Both the position numbers and the translations under genes were made by a program. A DNA stretch of 64,000 nt from Promethearchaeota archaeon (lineage in GTDB: Archaea > Asgardarchaeota > Hermodarchaeia > Hermodarchaeales > Hermodarchaeaceae): positions 32,001 through 96,000 of the forward strand of contig JBHLPH010000002.1 in NCBI GenBank assembly GCA_048939625.1, read 5' to 3'. Under the pieces are notes generated by a model, which was not told the DNA's origin, made no database searches, and saw only the letters and a list, made by a program, of their open reading frames with translations. Position 1 is the first letter of the stretch, and each line of letters opens with the position of its first letter. This document shows, piece after piece, positions 38,506 to 48,759 of this stretch.

Positions 38506-39567
38506 TTGCGTGATTTGCTGCGTGAATTAGTATTTGCTGATGCACCACCAGGCCATGAAAATGAAGTTCGTGACATTGTCATTCGGGAATTAGAACCACT
38601 TGTTGACGAACTGCAAGTCGATACATTAGGAAACGTGATTGCTACCAAAGAAGCAAAGGAAGAAACGACATTCATGTTAATCGCCCATCAAGACGAGGAT
38701 TGGGCACTGTTACTGACCCATATTAGCAACGAGGGATACTTACGGTTCAATCGGTTGGTTGGTCACCGATGGAATATTCTTGGGCAAAGGGTAACCATTC
38801 ACGGAACACAGAGGAAAATTCCTGGTATTGTGGGATTGAGTGCACCTCACACTATTCCGCTGAATGAGTATCAGCGAGGTTATCAGCCAAGATTTGATAA
38901 AATGTTCATAGATTGTGGGGCTCAAACTGCGGAAGAAGCACGAGCGATGGGATTAGAAATTGGTCAATATGTTACTGCTAAAAAAGATCTTGTTGAACTG
39001 AGCAATAATCGTCTGCTAGGCAACTGCTTTGATGACCGCGTGGGGCTTGTGGCAATGATTGAAACTTTTCGTCGAATCCGAAATCAGAAGCTGCCAATGA
39101 AGGTGGTGGGCGTGGCTTCAGTGCAAGAGGAGTTGGGGACTCGAGGTGCGGGGCCTGCATCATTTAGTGTAGAACCAGAATTCGCTGTAGCCCTTGATGT
39201 ATCACCAACTGGTGATCATCCCAACATCAAATCTGACCTCATACCTGTTAAACTTGGACATGGACCTGTGTTGTTAAAAGCCGATCAGTTTCATGTCACG
39301 TCAGATTTGATGAACAACTGGATTGTTAAAATCGCTGAGAAAAAGCAAATACCATTACAGGAAGCTGCATTGCGTGCTCCAATTCGCTTTGGAACCGATG
39401 CGGCTGCCGTTGAAATTACAAAATCAGGAAGCAGGGCAACATCGTTGCTTGTTCCTGCTCGCTACTTCCATACTGCAAATGGGGTAATTCAGTTTTCAGA
39501 TGTCGAATACACTGTTCACTTATTGATAGAATTAATCAAAGCCCTTAATCAACTGGGGAGTTGTTAA
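38506..39567 (+). CDS. M42 family metallopeptidase (TET-like)
   Basis: AHQDE, FDDRVG, QEELG.RGA, ALDV, GTDA and RYFHT motifs. Confidence 0.92.
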   Translation: MRDLLRELVFADAPPGHENEVRDIVIRELEPLVDELQVDTLGNVIATKEAKEETTFMLIAHQDEDWALLLTHISNEGYLRFNRLVGHRWNILGQRVTIHGTQRKIPGIVGLSAPHTIPLNEYQRGYQPRFDKMFIDCGAQTAEEARAMGLEIGQYVTAKKDLVELSNNRLLGNCFDDRVGLVAMIETFRRIRNQKLPMKVVGVASVQEELGTRGAGPASFSVEPEFAVALDVSPTGDHPNIKSDLIPVKLGHGPVLLKADQFHVTSDLMNNWIVKIAEKKQIPLQEAALRAPIRFGTDAAAVEITKSGSRATSLLVPARYFHTANGVIQFSDVEYTVHLLIELIKALNQLGSC

Positions 39568-39599
39568 TTTGTGTGAAATCCGCGAGACGGCATATTGTT

Positions 39600-40151
39600 C
39601 TACTCAATGAGACCGAGGTCGCGCATATGGTCGGCGAGGAGATAGATGGCTTTTCGGGTGATGGTTTCTTTGTTTGTACCAGCGCAAACAATACGTCCGC
39701 TGCTGAAGATAAGGAAGACGGCTTTTGGCGTTTTCATCCGGTAAATGAGACCAGGGAAGACTTCGGGTTCGTACAAACAGCGTTCTAAGGCCATCTGAGC
39801 CATATCGAGGTCTACACGACTATGGAGATCGCCCGAGGCGACGATGTTTTGGATGGTGATTTTGGGAACGCCAGAAACAGTGATGCCGGCTTTCCGGATT
39901 TTGGCGATTACGTTTTCGACGGCCTTCTCTGCTTCACTTTCGCGGCGTAACCCGGTGATGACCATTCGTCCACTGTTGAAGACGAGGATGGTGGCTTTGG
40001 GGTTTTTCACGCGGAGCATTAATCCTGGGAATTGTTCAGGATTATATTCGGCATCTCGTTGTTTGCGGGCAAGAAGATTGAGATCAATTTTGGCGTCGAC
40101 TTCGACGCTGGCAACGACATTTTCAATTTTATATTTTGGTCTCTTTGGCAA
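39600..40151 (-). CDS. tbp: TATA-box binding protein
   Basis: Two repeats: IENVVAS..YNPEQFPGL..LVFNSGRMVITG and IQNIVAS..YEPEVFPGL..LIFSSGRIVCAG. Confidence 0.97.
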   Translation of the reverse strand: MPKRPKYKIENVVASVEVDAKIDLNLLARKQRDAEYNPEQFPGLMLRVKNPKATILVFNSGRMVITGLRRESEAEKAVENVIAKIRKAGITVSGVPKITIQNIVASGDLHSRVDLDMAQMALERCLYEPEVFPGLIYRMKTPKAVFLIFSSGRIVCAGTNKETITRKAIYLLADHMRDLGLIE

Positions 40152-40279
40152 AAGAGGGACCTCCCAGTCCGTTGGAGTGTGCTTTATAACCTTTTTAAGG
40201 ACGGTTATAGAGTGGTTGATGCCCTTATAAACTTTTTATAGGTTTCCGAAAGTCCTTTAGAGAGGATAAAGAAGAAGGT

Positions 40280-40300
40280 TCCGGCTCGCATGGAGCCGGA
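40280..40300 (-). terminator. Hairpin downstream of cdc48
   Basis: TCCGGCTC-gcatg-GAGCCGGA, followed on the minus strand by a pyrimidine-rich tract. Confidence 0.35.
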
Positions 40301-40312
40301 TTGGTTGGCTTT

Positions 40313-42571
40313 CTATGTGTATGGACCCGGTGTGGTGTCAATGGCGTCGCGTTTAGTTGACATGGCATCGATATATTCTTTATAAGCTGTGAGCATCTCT
40401 GGGGTGATGCTGGGCTTGATTTTATCCAATGCAGCGTCAAAGTGTTTGCTGTTGACCGTTGTGAGTTTTTCTTCGTGGCGGATGGCATTCATTCCAGCTT
40501 CGCGAACGAGATTCGCAATATCAGCGCCAGAAAAACCTTCGGTAGCCTTGGCTATCTTTTCCAGGTTTACATCATCTGCAAGGGGCATGTTACGGGTGTG
40601 AACCTTTAGAATTTCTACGCGTGCCTCAGCATCGGGTGGTGGAACCAAGATAATTCGATCAAAACGTCCTGGTCGAAGGAGGGCTTTATCGATGATTTCA
40701 GGACGATTAGTCGCTGCGATGACGACGACACTTTTTAGCTCTTCCATTCCGTCCATTTCAGCAAGGAGTTGGTTTAAGACCGATTCGTAGACATGGCTGC
40801 CTTGCCATTGTCCGCGTGCAGGAGCAAGGCTGTCAAGTTCATCGAAGAAGATAATACTAGGAGCAACCTGTCGGGCTTTGCGGAAGATTTTTCGAATTCC
40901 CTTCTCAGATTCACCGACCCACTTGCTAAAAATCTCAGGTCCACGGATTGCAATGAAGTTGGCTTCACTTTCAGTGGCAACCGCCTTAGCGAGCAATGTT
41001 TTTCCACCGCCAGGTGGTCCAACGAGGAGAATGCCTTTGGGTGGTTGCACACCGACTTTTTCGAATTTCGCCGGATACTTCAAGGGCCATTCAACGGCTT
41101 CCCGCAGTTCGGCTTCAACTTCCTTTAATCCCCCTACATCGTCCCATGATACTTTAGGAATTTCGAGATAGACTTCGCGTAGAGCGGATGGTTCTGCACG
41201 TCTAAGAGATTCTTTAAAATCTTCAGCGGTGACTTCTAAATTCTCAATCACTTCTGGGGGAAGGGGTTGATCTTCTTCCAGATTGATTTGTGGAAGGAGT
41301 CGGCGAAGCGTATTCATCGCAGCTTCACGGGCAATTGCGGCAAGATCTGCTCCGACCATTCCATGAGTAGAATCTGCTAGAGCATCGAGATCGACATTCT
41401 TGGTGAGAGGCATTCCTCGCGTATGGATGAGAAGGACCTCTTTTCGTCCGTTGCGGGTGGGAACGGGAATTTCGATTTCCCGGTCAAATCGTCCTGGTCG
41501 ACGAAGGGCGGGATCGAGGGCGTCTTGACGGTTGGTGGCCGCGATGACAATAACACGTCCACGTCCTTGCAGCCCATCCATGAGCGCAAGGAGTTGTGCG
41601 ACGACACGTCGTTCAACTTCTCCCTGAACCTCTTCACGTTTAGGTGCGATACTGTCGATTTCGTCGATGAAGATAATGCTAGGAGCCCGTTCAGAGGCTT
41701 TCTCGAAGAGTTCACGAAGACGTTTTTCGGATTCACCATAGAACTTACTCATTATTTCGGGTCCATTGATGGAAATGAAGGTGGCATCAGATTCACTAGC
41801 TACGGCCCGTGCGAGTAGTGTCTTTCCGGTGCCTGGGGGGCCAAAGAGCAAAACGCCCTTTGGTGGATCAATTCCTAAACGGTCAAAGAGGACAGGATGT
41901 TTGAGGGGGAGTTCAATCATTTCTCGTACACGGTCGATTGCTTCATCGAGGCCGCCAATATCTTCGTATGTCACGATTGGGGTTTTTGCAGTGACTTCTA
42001 CGGCTTCAGGTTGGATTTGAATAATTGTGTCCTCGGTAATTTTCACCACTCCTTTCGGAGTGGTATTGGTTACGACGAACTTGATTTCGCCAAGGGCGAA
42101 AGGAGCACCGGTTCCGCGCATCATGGCTTCGAAGATTGAAGTTGAGTAGTCTCCACTTCGATATGCTCCGGATCCTGCAGTGCTAATGATATCGCCTGGA
42201 GCCACAGGTCGTTGGTTTAGGCTTGGTTTGACGGCATCACCTTCAGCGACGATGCGAACGCCGCGCTGTGCAGGAGCAAGTTCGACTCGTTTAGCAGCAG
42301 GGGGATCTATTCGTCTAACTTCGACGAATTCTCCGATTCCAGTGCTAGCATTACTGCGCACCAGTCCATCCATGAAGATTTTGCCTGATCCTGCGTGAAT
42401 GGATTGGCCACGCCAGACGCGGGCACCTGTGGACTTTTTTCCTGTAATTTCTATGATATCGCCAGATGTTACCCCGAGACGTTCCATGACTTTGGGGTCT
42501 ACACGGACAATGCCCCGTCCAGCTTCATCGCTGGGGAGGGAGACGACACGTAATTGGATTTTGCTTGACAT
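40313..42571 (-). CDS. cdc48: CDC48/VAT family AAA+ ATPase
   Basis: N-domain plus two AAA domains ([13 protein letters not shown] and [20 protein letters not shown]); C-terminal ..PYT resembles an HbYX tail. Confidence 0.97.
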   Translation of the reverse strand: MSSKIQLRVVSLPSDEAGRGIVRVDPKVMERLGVTSGDIIEITGKKSTGARVWRGQSIHAGSGKIFMDGLVRSNASTGIGEFVEVRRIDPPAAKRVELAPAQRGVRIVAEGDAVKPSLNQRPVAPGDIISTAGSGAYRSGDYSTSIFEAMMRGTGAPFALGEIKFVVTNTTPKGVVKITEDTIIQIQPEAVEVTAKTPIVTYEDIGGLDEAIDRVREMIELPLKHPVLFDRLGIDPPKGVLLFGPPGTGKTLLARAVASESDATFISINGPEIMSKFYGESEKRLRELFEKASERAPSIIFIDEIDSIAPKREEVQGEVERRVVAQLLALMDGLQGRGRVIVIAATNRQDALDPALRRPGRFDREIEIPVPTRNGRKEVLLIHTRGMPLTKNVDLDALADSTHGMVGADLAAIAREAAMNTLRRLLPQINLEEDQPLPPEVIENLEVTAEDFKESLRRAEPSALREVYLEIPKVSWDDVGGLKEVEAELREAVEWPLKYPAKFEKVGVQPPKGILLVGPPGGGKTLLAKAVATESEANFIAIRGPEIFSKWVGESEKGIRKIFRKARQVAPSIIFFDELDSLAPARGQWQGSHVYESVLNQLLAEMDGMEELKSVVVIAATNRPEIIDKALLRPGRFDRIILVPPPDAEARVEILKVHTRNMPLADDVNLEKIAKATEGFSGADIANLVREAGMNAIRHEEKLTTVNSKHFDAALDKIKPSITPEMLTAYKEYIDAMSTKRDAIDTTPGPYT

Positions 42572-42994
42572 TTAATCAAATTCCTCCGTCATTTCGGATA
42601 AGCGTTTACGAACAGTTTGGAACTCAGATGCCATTAACTGGAAGAGCGCTTCATAGGTATCAAAGTAGTGGTCGATCATTGCTTTTAGTAAGTGGTCACC
42701 ATCTTTGGTCAACCGGTAGTATCGGCGCATCGGACCTCGACCTTCGCTACGTACTTTGATATCGCCAACAATCCAGCCTTTTTCCGCTAGACGACTGAGT
42801 AAAGGGTAGATGGTTCCGGGTTCCATTTGAATCCGTCCCGTCGACATTTCATCGATTAAGGCGCTGATTCGCGCTCCATAAAGGCTTTCTTGTCGGAGTA
42901 GGGTGAGTACCCAGAACTCAAGAATGCCTCTGTTGATTTCACGCGTCCATTCGCGTAGTTTATCGTGAGTCTTATCGGTGGGGGATTCGTTCAT
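42572..42994 (-). CDS. PadR family transcriptional regulator
   Basis: RGILE..VL.LL....YG, GTIYPLLSRL..KGW and RRYYRLT..G motifs; stop abuts the cdc48 start. Confidence 0.92.
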   Translation of the reverse strand: MNESPTDKTHDKLREWTREINRGILEFWVLTLLRQESLYGARISALIDEMSTGRIQMEPGTIYPLLSRLAEKGWIVGDIKVRSEGRGPMRRYYRLTKDGDHLLKAMIDHYFDTYEALFQLMASEFQTVRKRLSEMTEEFD

Positions 42995-43009
42995 ATAATA
43001 TCGCTCCAA

Positions 43010-43034
43010 ATATATAGCGTGACTATATATAGTC
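43010..43034. promoter_or_regulatory. Overlapping palindromes, putative PadR operator
   Basis: ATATATAG-cgtga-CTATATAT (43010-43030) and perfect palindrome GACTATATATAGTC (43021-43034) upstream of padR. Confidence 0.55.
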
Positions 43035-43213
43035 TGACAAAGCAGTAATACTATCCTATTTAAACCTATCGAATATCGAAGCCAAAGCCCCCCATTAAAT
43101 TGCACACCATGAAAACTACATCGTTCCAATACTTCCTATGCAGAAAGACTTTAAAAGACGCATCTGACATTGGCTCTGAGCCCAAAGAACAGTAACTGCA
43201 AGGTGGCCAACTA

Positions 43214-44065
43214 GTGAAACTGTCAGTCCGCATTTGTACTTTACTGATTGCCGTGTTGTTCCTTACCACAATTGTGGGTTTGCAGAGCTTCACACCTATC
43301 AGAGCAGATCCTGACATCCAGGTCACTGATGTTCAGGTTCCTTCTGAAGTGGTCCAAGCTTATAGGGGCCAAGTCCAAGCAACAGTTCGCAATTTATTAA
43401 ACACTTCCTTTGATGGATATGCGCAGTTTTCAGACGAATCGGGCGAAATTCGCAGTATTAATCCAATTAATCCGCTAAGTGATGTAGTGAACTTCACGAT
43501 TGGACCAGAAGAGTCAATCACCGTGATCGTTGACTATGAAGTAAACGAATCCGCAACAATTGGTCTTCATATTGCCACCTTTGAGATTGTTGTAGGCGGG
43601 TTTTCATTCTTATTTAACCAATACCAGATTACCGTTTCACCTGTCGCGACAATTACCAGTGTTGTGCCCGGAGCCGTCTTTTCCCAAGGACAACCTGGTC
43701 TACTTCTGATCTCAATAGAAAATCGAGCGGACCGAACACGATCAGTTCGAGTTGAGGTTTTTGGACCAAAATTTGTAAATTCTACGCAGGATGTGGAGCT
43801 AGCCCCAGGAAATAACCAGCTGGCAATACCGCTGATGCCGAATGTCTCCCATGTGTATGATTTTGGAATGTTTCCAGCAAACGTTTCTATCTACTATTTT
43901 GACGAATTAATCAGCAGCGAAGATGTCATTGTCCCGGTTGATATGTTGCTCCTCAACAAAGTTGTCGCTGTTATCCTTCCAGCGGGCCTATTTCTTGTCT
44001 TGGTCCTCTTTTACGCTGTTCGGAAACGAGGTCGACTTCGCGCTGCTACTATTGAAAGTGAATAG
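43214..44065 (+). CDS. Secreted, C-terminally anchored protein with Ig-like domains
   Basis: Signal peptide, two beta-sandwich-like repeats, C-terminal TM followed by RKR. Confidence 0.7.
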   Translation: MKLSVRICTLLIAVLFLTTIVGLQSFTPIRADPDIQVTDVQVPSEVVQAYRGQVQATVRNLLNTSFDGYAQFSDESGEIRSINPINPLSDVVNFTIGPEESITVIVDYEVNESATIGLHIATFEIVVGGFSFLFNQYQITVSPVATITSVVPGAVFSQGQPGLLLISIENRADRTRSVRVEVFGPKFVNSTQDVELAPGNNQLAIPLMPNVSHVYDFGMFPANVSIYYFDELISSEDVIVPVDMLLLNKVVAVILPAGLFLVLVLFYAVRKRGRLRAATIESE

Positions 44066-44120
44066 CATTAAGAGGAAGAAAAGCACTCCCTACCGTGTAG
44101 TGCACAGTAGATGGTGAACC

Positions 44121-44735
44121 ATGGCAGCACCCGAATGGACTAAGATTAGACAAGAAATCCTTGACTGCCAGAAATGCCGATTAGCTGAATCCCGAACCCA
44201 GGCAGTGCCTGGAGTTGGACCCCAAAGTGCTCAATTGGTAATTATCGGAGAAGCCCCTGGACGCCATGAGGATCTTCAAGGAGAACCCTTTGTTGGAGCT
44301 GCTGGTAAATTACTTACAAAGTTGCTTGAAGAGGCAGGGATTCCTCGAAGTTCAGTATTCATCACCAACATCGTGAAGTGTCGTCCTCCGGAAAATCGAC
44401 AACCCTTAGCCGATGAACGAAGGGCGTGTTATCCGTATCTCATTCGTCAATTGGATCTCATCCAACCGAAAATTATTGCATTGGTTGGACGTGTACCTGC
44501 TGAGACTATTCTGGAGACCACCGTGCGTATGGGAGCGATGCATGGAAAAACGTTCCACCATGGTGGACGAACGTATATTGTGATGTACCATCCTGCTGCA
44601 GGATTATATAATCAGGATCTGGTTTCTGAGCTCCAAGTCGATATGCAAAAACTAAAACAAGTACTCGATTCAGGAGACCAGTCAAAGCCTGAGAGTGGAC
44701 AACAAGACTTGAGTAAGTTCTTTGAGAAGAAATGA
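44121..44735 (+). CDS. udg: Family 4 uracil-DNA glycosylase (Fe-S)
   Basis: CxxC, GEAPG..E...G.PFVG.AG, TNIVKCRPP.NR and YHPAA motifs. Confidence 0.95.
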   Translation: MAAPEWTKIRQEILDCQKCRLAESRTQAVPGVGPQSAQLVIIGEAPGRHEDLQGEPFVGAAGKLLTKLLEEAGIPRSSVFITNIVKCRPPENRQPLADERRACYPYLIRQLDLIQPKIIALVGRVPAETILETTVRMGAMHGKTFHHGGRTYIVMYHPAAGLYNQDLVSELQVDMQKLKQVLDSGDQSKPESGQQDLSKFFEKK

Positions 44736-44748
44736 ATTGCTCTATGAG

Positions 44749-45213
44749 CTAGTCCTCGTTTTCCATCATTGATTCAAGTGCCGCCCGGCGTCGAGCGAGG
44801 AATGATTGGAGTTCACCCTGCATTTGAGCCCGAATTCCAAAGCCACCTGATGCTGCCGCACCCATCGGAGAAGTAGGTGTTTGCGGAGGAGGTGCTGCAA
44901 GACCAGGTGAGGAGCTAGGTCCAGAGGGTGCCGGTGGCAGCCCAGGACTTGCCGGAGTATCTGCTGGCGTGGGTGGAGTTGACAAAGAGGGTGCAGAAGG
45001 AGCTGTGCCTTTTGGCCCTCCCATTCGGAGAACAGTATCAACTTGTGTTTCAATTTTCGAGAGGCGGGTTCGTAGTTCTTCCATTTGTTTTTCGAGAGAT
45101 CCCACACCATTCAAAAAGATGGTTGCAACCCGTTCGAGGACTTTTGCGAGCTCCTCGATTTTTTTAGTCGTATCTTTTTCTGCTGCTAGAAAGTCGAATC
45201 CGCCGAATGCCAT
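44749..45213 (-). CDS. Coiled-coil + proline-rich + C-terminal basic amphipathic helix protein
   Basis: Heptad region aa ~14-63, Pro/Ser/Ala-rich linker, C-terminal IRAQMQGELQSFLARRRAAL. Confidence 0.75.
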   Translation of the reverse strand: MAFGGFDFLAAEKDTTKKIEELAKVLERVATIFLNGVGSLEKQMEELRTRLSKIETQVDTVLRMGGPKGTAPSAPSLSTPPTPADTPASPGLPPAPSGPSSSPGLAAPPPQTPTSPMGAAASGGFGIRAQMQGELQSFLARRRAALESMMENED

Positions 45214-45332
45214 ACTGTTTCAGGTTCAAGTTAGACTGTATGGTTTAAAACCTTGTGGGGCATCAGCTCTGTTCTCAGAAGATTTAGGGGAAAACTAAAC
45301 AATTATCCTTTTAGAAGCTGAAATGCTGTGAG

Positions 45333-46010
45333 ATGACGCAATCGATCTTGTCGCAGTCCCAATATCCACGGGTAATTACGTGGATATTACAACTATTGCA
45401 TCGCCGAACCCAGAAACCTAGTATTCGTAAGATGAATGGATTACTGGTTCAGATTTGCCCGCAGGTCTTTAATCCGATTACGGGTCGAACTACACAGTTC
45501 TTCATTCAGCACATGCAAATTAAACCGGAAAATCGAGTATTGGAGATTGGGACTGGCTCAGGAGCTATTGCGGCAGCAGCCGCTTCTTGCGCACAGTCAG
45601 TGACGGCCACTGATGTGAATCCATATGCTGTTCAGTGTGCCCAAACCACAATGCGATTGAATGATCTGGAAAAGAAAGTCCGTGTCCTGTTGGGAGACTT
45701 GTTTGCTCCTGTGGATGGAGAGAGATTTGATGTGGTCTTATTCAATCCTCCATATTTGGCATTTCAGCCGCGAAGTTGGCTAGCCCAGGCATGGTCTGCA
45801 GGTCCGAATTTTGAACTTCTTGAAAAATTTTTAGATGGAGTGCGAGAGGTGCTTAAAGATGAGGGTAAGATTCAGATTTTACTAAGTTCTGCAACAGTCC
45901 TATCAGAGATTTTCAAGTTAATCAGAAATGCAGCATTTGGAATTCGAGTGATAGCGGAAGGACGGATGCTGGGTTTTATGGAGCGGATTTACTTATTACA
46001 GCTCTCATGA
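45333..46010 (+). CDS. HemK2/PrmC-like SAM-dependent methyltransferase
   Basis: VLEIGTGSG, TDVN, GDLF and FNPPY motifs. Confidence 0.88.
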   Translation: MTQSILSQSQYPRVITWILQLLHRRTQKPSIRKMNGLLVQICPQVFNPITGRTTQFFIQHMQIKPENRVLEIGTGSGAIAAAAASCAQSVTATDVNPYAVQCAQTTMRLNDLEKKVRVLLGDLFAPVDGERFDVVLFNPPYLAFQPRSWLAQAWSAGPNFELLEKFLDGVREVLKDEGKIQILLSSATVLSEIFKLIRNAAFGIRVIAEGRMLGFMERIYLLQLS

Positions 46011-47033
46011 GATTCCTCGTAATTTCCGAAGGAGTGATTCCCAAGGTAAAAAGAACAAACCAATCAAGGCTATGCCAATGATAAGGTAAACGGTATCCAT
46101 GATGGGGTCGGACCCACCACCAAAGATTTGGAGTAAAATGGGTTGAAGGAGAGGATTTAACGCTCCTAAGGTTATGATCAGGGCCAATGCTACTTTTCCA
46201 AAGAAGCAGAAGAGAACTGCTTTCCAAAGGGGATACTTTGTAGCTCCAAGGGCGATGAGGAGAATATCATCAGGTAGGGGTGTCGCAGCGTAAATAAAAA
46301 TGAAGAATCCGCCATAGCCACGTTCAATTTGCTCGCGGAGTTTGAGGATTCGCTGTCCGGTTGGGGATTCTTCTAAGGATTCACTTTGGGTTCGTCCCAG
46401 GAGCCAAGCTACGGTCTCACCGATGGCTGCACCTGCACCAGCAATTATGCCGAGAAGTAGTGCGTCGAGGAGGGTGAAACCAGGCTGGAGTGCGATGAGG
46501 AGTAGAATAAACAAATAGGGAATGGGAAAAATTACGGTGAAGTTGCCAAAGATGCTGATGATGAAGACACCAAGGTATATACCCAAGGGACCAAAAACCG
46601 CGATTGCCCATTCGATAATGGTGTTCATGATGTCAAGAATAGAGAGACCAAGTAGGACTGGGACGACTAAGAGAATTACAAAGAATGTTACGAAAACGAG
46701 GAAGCGGAGTGTTCGTTTGACATCAGATCGTTGGATGCGGGCTTGCCAAACTTGCTGAAATGTCAAATCTTTGCCACGATAGACTTTTCCGAGCCCCCAC
46801 ATGAAGAGCACAATTCCAGGGAGGAGATAACCTAAACCCGCAATGAGGGAGGCTAGAGCAATGTTAGGAGCGAAGAGGAGGACGCCGAGTGAGGTAACCA
46901 GGAATGGAAGGAGAAGAAGGATCCCTAAAAAAATAAAAGTCCCGCTACCGAGTGATAAAAAGAACTTGGCATCACCAGCTCTTTCTTCCAACGAACTTGT
47001 ATCTTCAGATGGTGTGGAGGATATCTCCGACAT
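46005..47033 (-). CDS. DedA/VTT superfamily membrane protein
   Basis: FPIPY, GAGAAIGE...WLLGR, FIYAATPLPDD..G and GK motifs; extra N-terminal TMs. Confidence 0.85.
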   Translation of the reverse strand: MSEISSTPSEDTSSLEERAGDAKFFLSLGSGTFIFLGILLLLPFLVTSLGVLLFAPNIALASLIAGLGYLLPGIVLFMWGLGKVYRGKDLTFQQVWQARIQRSDVKRTLRFLVFVTFFVILLVVPVLLGLSILDIMNTIIEWAIAVFGPLGIYLGVFIISIFGNFTVIFPIPYLFILLLIALQPGFTLLDALLLGIIAGAGAAIGETVAWLLGRTQSESLEESPTGQRILKLREQIERGYGGFFIFIYAATPLPDDILLIALGATKYPLWKAVLFCFFGKVALALIITLGALNPLLQPILLQIFGGGSDPIMDTVYLIIGIALIGLFFLPWESLLRKLRGIS

Positions 47034-47148
47034 GCATGTTCACTTCACTCGAAATGGATGAGGGTTTGAATACCATGCGGTAGTACTTCCTGTGAAAAGA
47101 GATGATAAAAATAAGCTGGTTGAGAGCAAGAGGCTAGAAGGAGGTAAA

Positions 47149-47379
47149 TTATCTCGTAATGAGCGTTGAAGTCCGCTCTACATTTCGAAGAGCACGGATT
47201 CTTTCTACAAGAACGTAGAGGTCTTCCATTGATTCAGATTCCACAGAAGTAATGATATCCCAGGAGCCTAAGGTTGTACGTGCTTCTTTGACTTGTTTGA
47301 ATTCTTTCAGACTTTCAATGATGTCATATTCTCGTCCGGATTTTGCTAGAATGAGAACATATGCTAGAACTACGGCCAC
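47149..47379 (-). CDS. Lrp/AsnC ligand-binding domain protein
   Basis: AYVLI.A..G, G.WDII and IR....V.RTST motifs. Confidence 0.88.
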   Translation of the reverse strand: MAVVLAYVLILAKSGREYDIIESLKEFKQVKEARTTLGSWDIITSVESESMEDLYVLVERIRALRNVERTSTLITR

Positions 47380-47416
47380 TCCGTGTCACCGAGTGGGAGG
47401 GAAACCTTAGAAGCCT

Positions 47417-48715
47417 TTAAGTCTTTTTCTCCTTTGTGGGACCTAATTCACGGAATGCGACTTGATGAGTGGTTTTTGCTTCTGTGTTAGCAGGCACATC
47501 CGCGGACAGAATTGTACCCGGAAGGACGATTGAGTTTACTCCGATTTTGACTCCAGGATAAACAGATACATTTGGACTCAAGATGGCGCCGTCTCCAATG
47601 ACTGCACCATATTTAATGCGGGGAACAACCTCCCCCTTTCCTTTAATAACAGAGGTGATAGTTTCTCCGGCAAGTGAACGATTAACAAGCTGTGCACCAG
47701 CACCAATATCCACATTTCGTCCAACAACGCTATCACCGACAAAGCAAAGTCGACCAATTTTTGTTTCGTCAAATATGAGGCTTTCTTTGATTTCCACACC
47801 AAACCCAACTAAGACATTTGATCCTAATGCTGTATATTCACGGACAAGCACATTATTTCCAATGTAGGTGTTGGGTCCGATGTACGTGGGTCCACGTATA
47901 GTTGAATGAGGGCGAATCACGACTCCTTCTGAGATATGAACGGAGCCTTCAATGCTGCTTGGTTGTTGAATATCCGCAGAAGATGCGATGAAAGAGCCTT
48001 TACCAGTTAGAACCTTATCGAGGACGAATCGATTTGCTTTAATTAGGTCCCAAGGATACGAGATTTCAACCCAATCTCGTTCCCAGACTGACCCATAGAT
48101 GTCTTTTCCATCTTTGATAAGTTGTTGAAAGGCGCTGGTCAGATCCTTTGTATTTTCCAGGAGATCGAATATGGTGGATTGAACAATGTAGATTCCTGCG
48201 ACAGCGTAACGGCTTTGAATTTCAGTGGGTTGGGGCTTTTCCACTAATTGCTTAATACGAGCTCTTTCGTCAATATCAGCGATTCCATAAAATTGGGGTG
48301 TATTCGTGAGGGTAAGACTGACTACAGCTTCAGCACTTAGATCCTTGAAGTGTCGTTGGGCCCTGCGGAACATGGTGGGTTCACCAAGAATATCGGCATT
48401 GACAATGAAGAAAGCGTCCTCTCCTTGCAATTCTTCCTTGGCAACTAAAATGGAATCAGCAATCCCTCGCTGTTTCTTTTGAACAGCGTACTCGATTTTT
48501 GCCCCTAAATGATGACCGCGACCAAGAAAATCGTGAATTTGGTCCCCACGATATCCAATGGATACAACAATATCTCGGATACCAGCCGCACACATGTCCT
48601 CGATAATCCATTGGATGACTGGTTTTCCACCGATTGATAGAAGTGGTTTGGGAGTTGTGTCGACGAGTGGCCACATTCGTTGACTTTCACTACCAGCTAA
48701 AAGGAGCGCTCGCAT
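47417..48715 (-). CDS. Sugar-1-phosphate nucleotidyltransferase/acetyltransferase (archaeal GlmU-like)
   Basis: PKPLL..GKP, EKP and WDL motifs; hexapeptide beta-helix; KYGAVIGD. Confidence 0.85.
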   Translation of the reverse strand: MRALLLAGSESQRMWPLVDTTPKPLLSIGGKPVIQWIIEDMCAAGIRDIVVSIGYRGDQIHDFLGRGHHLGAKIEYAVQKKQRGIADSILVAKEELQGEDAFFIVNADILGEPTMFRRAQRHFKDLSAEAVVSLTLTNTPQFYGIADIDERARIKQLVEKPQPTEIQSRYAVAGIYIVQSTIFDLLENTKDLTSAFQQLIKDGKDIYGSVWERDWVEISYPWDLIKANRFVLDKVLTGKGSFIASSADIQQPSSIEGSVHISEGVVIRPHSTIRGPTYIGPNTYIGNNVLVREYTALGSNVLVGFGVEIKESLIFDETKIGRLCFVGDSVVGRNVDIGAGAQLVNRSLAGETITSVIKGKGEVVPRIKYGAVIGDGAILSPNVSVYPGVKIGVNSIVLPGTILSADVPANTEAKTTHQVAFRELGPTKEKKT

Positions 48716-48759
48716 CGTTGGTAACCCCTACTATAAGTGATTGCGGGTCAGCCAGCACA

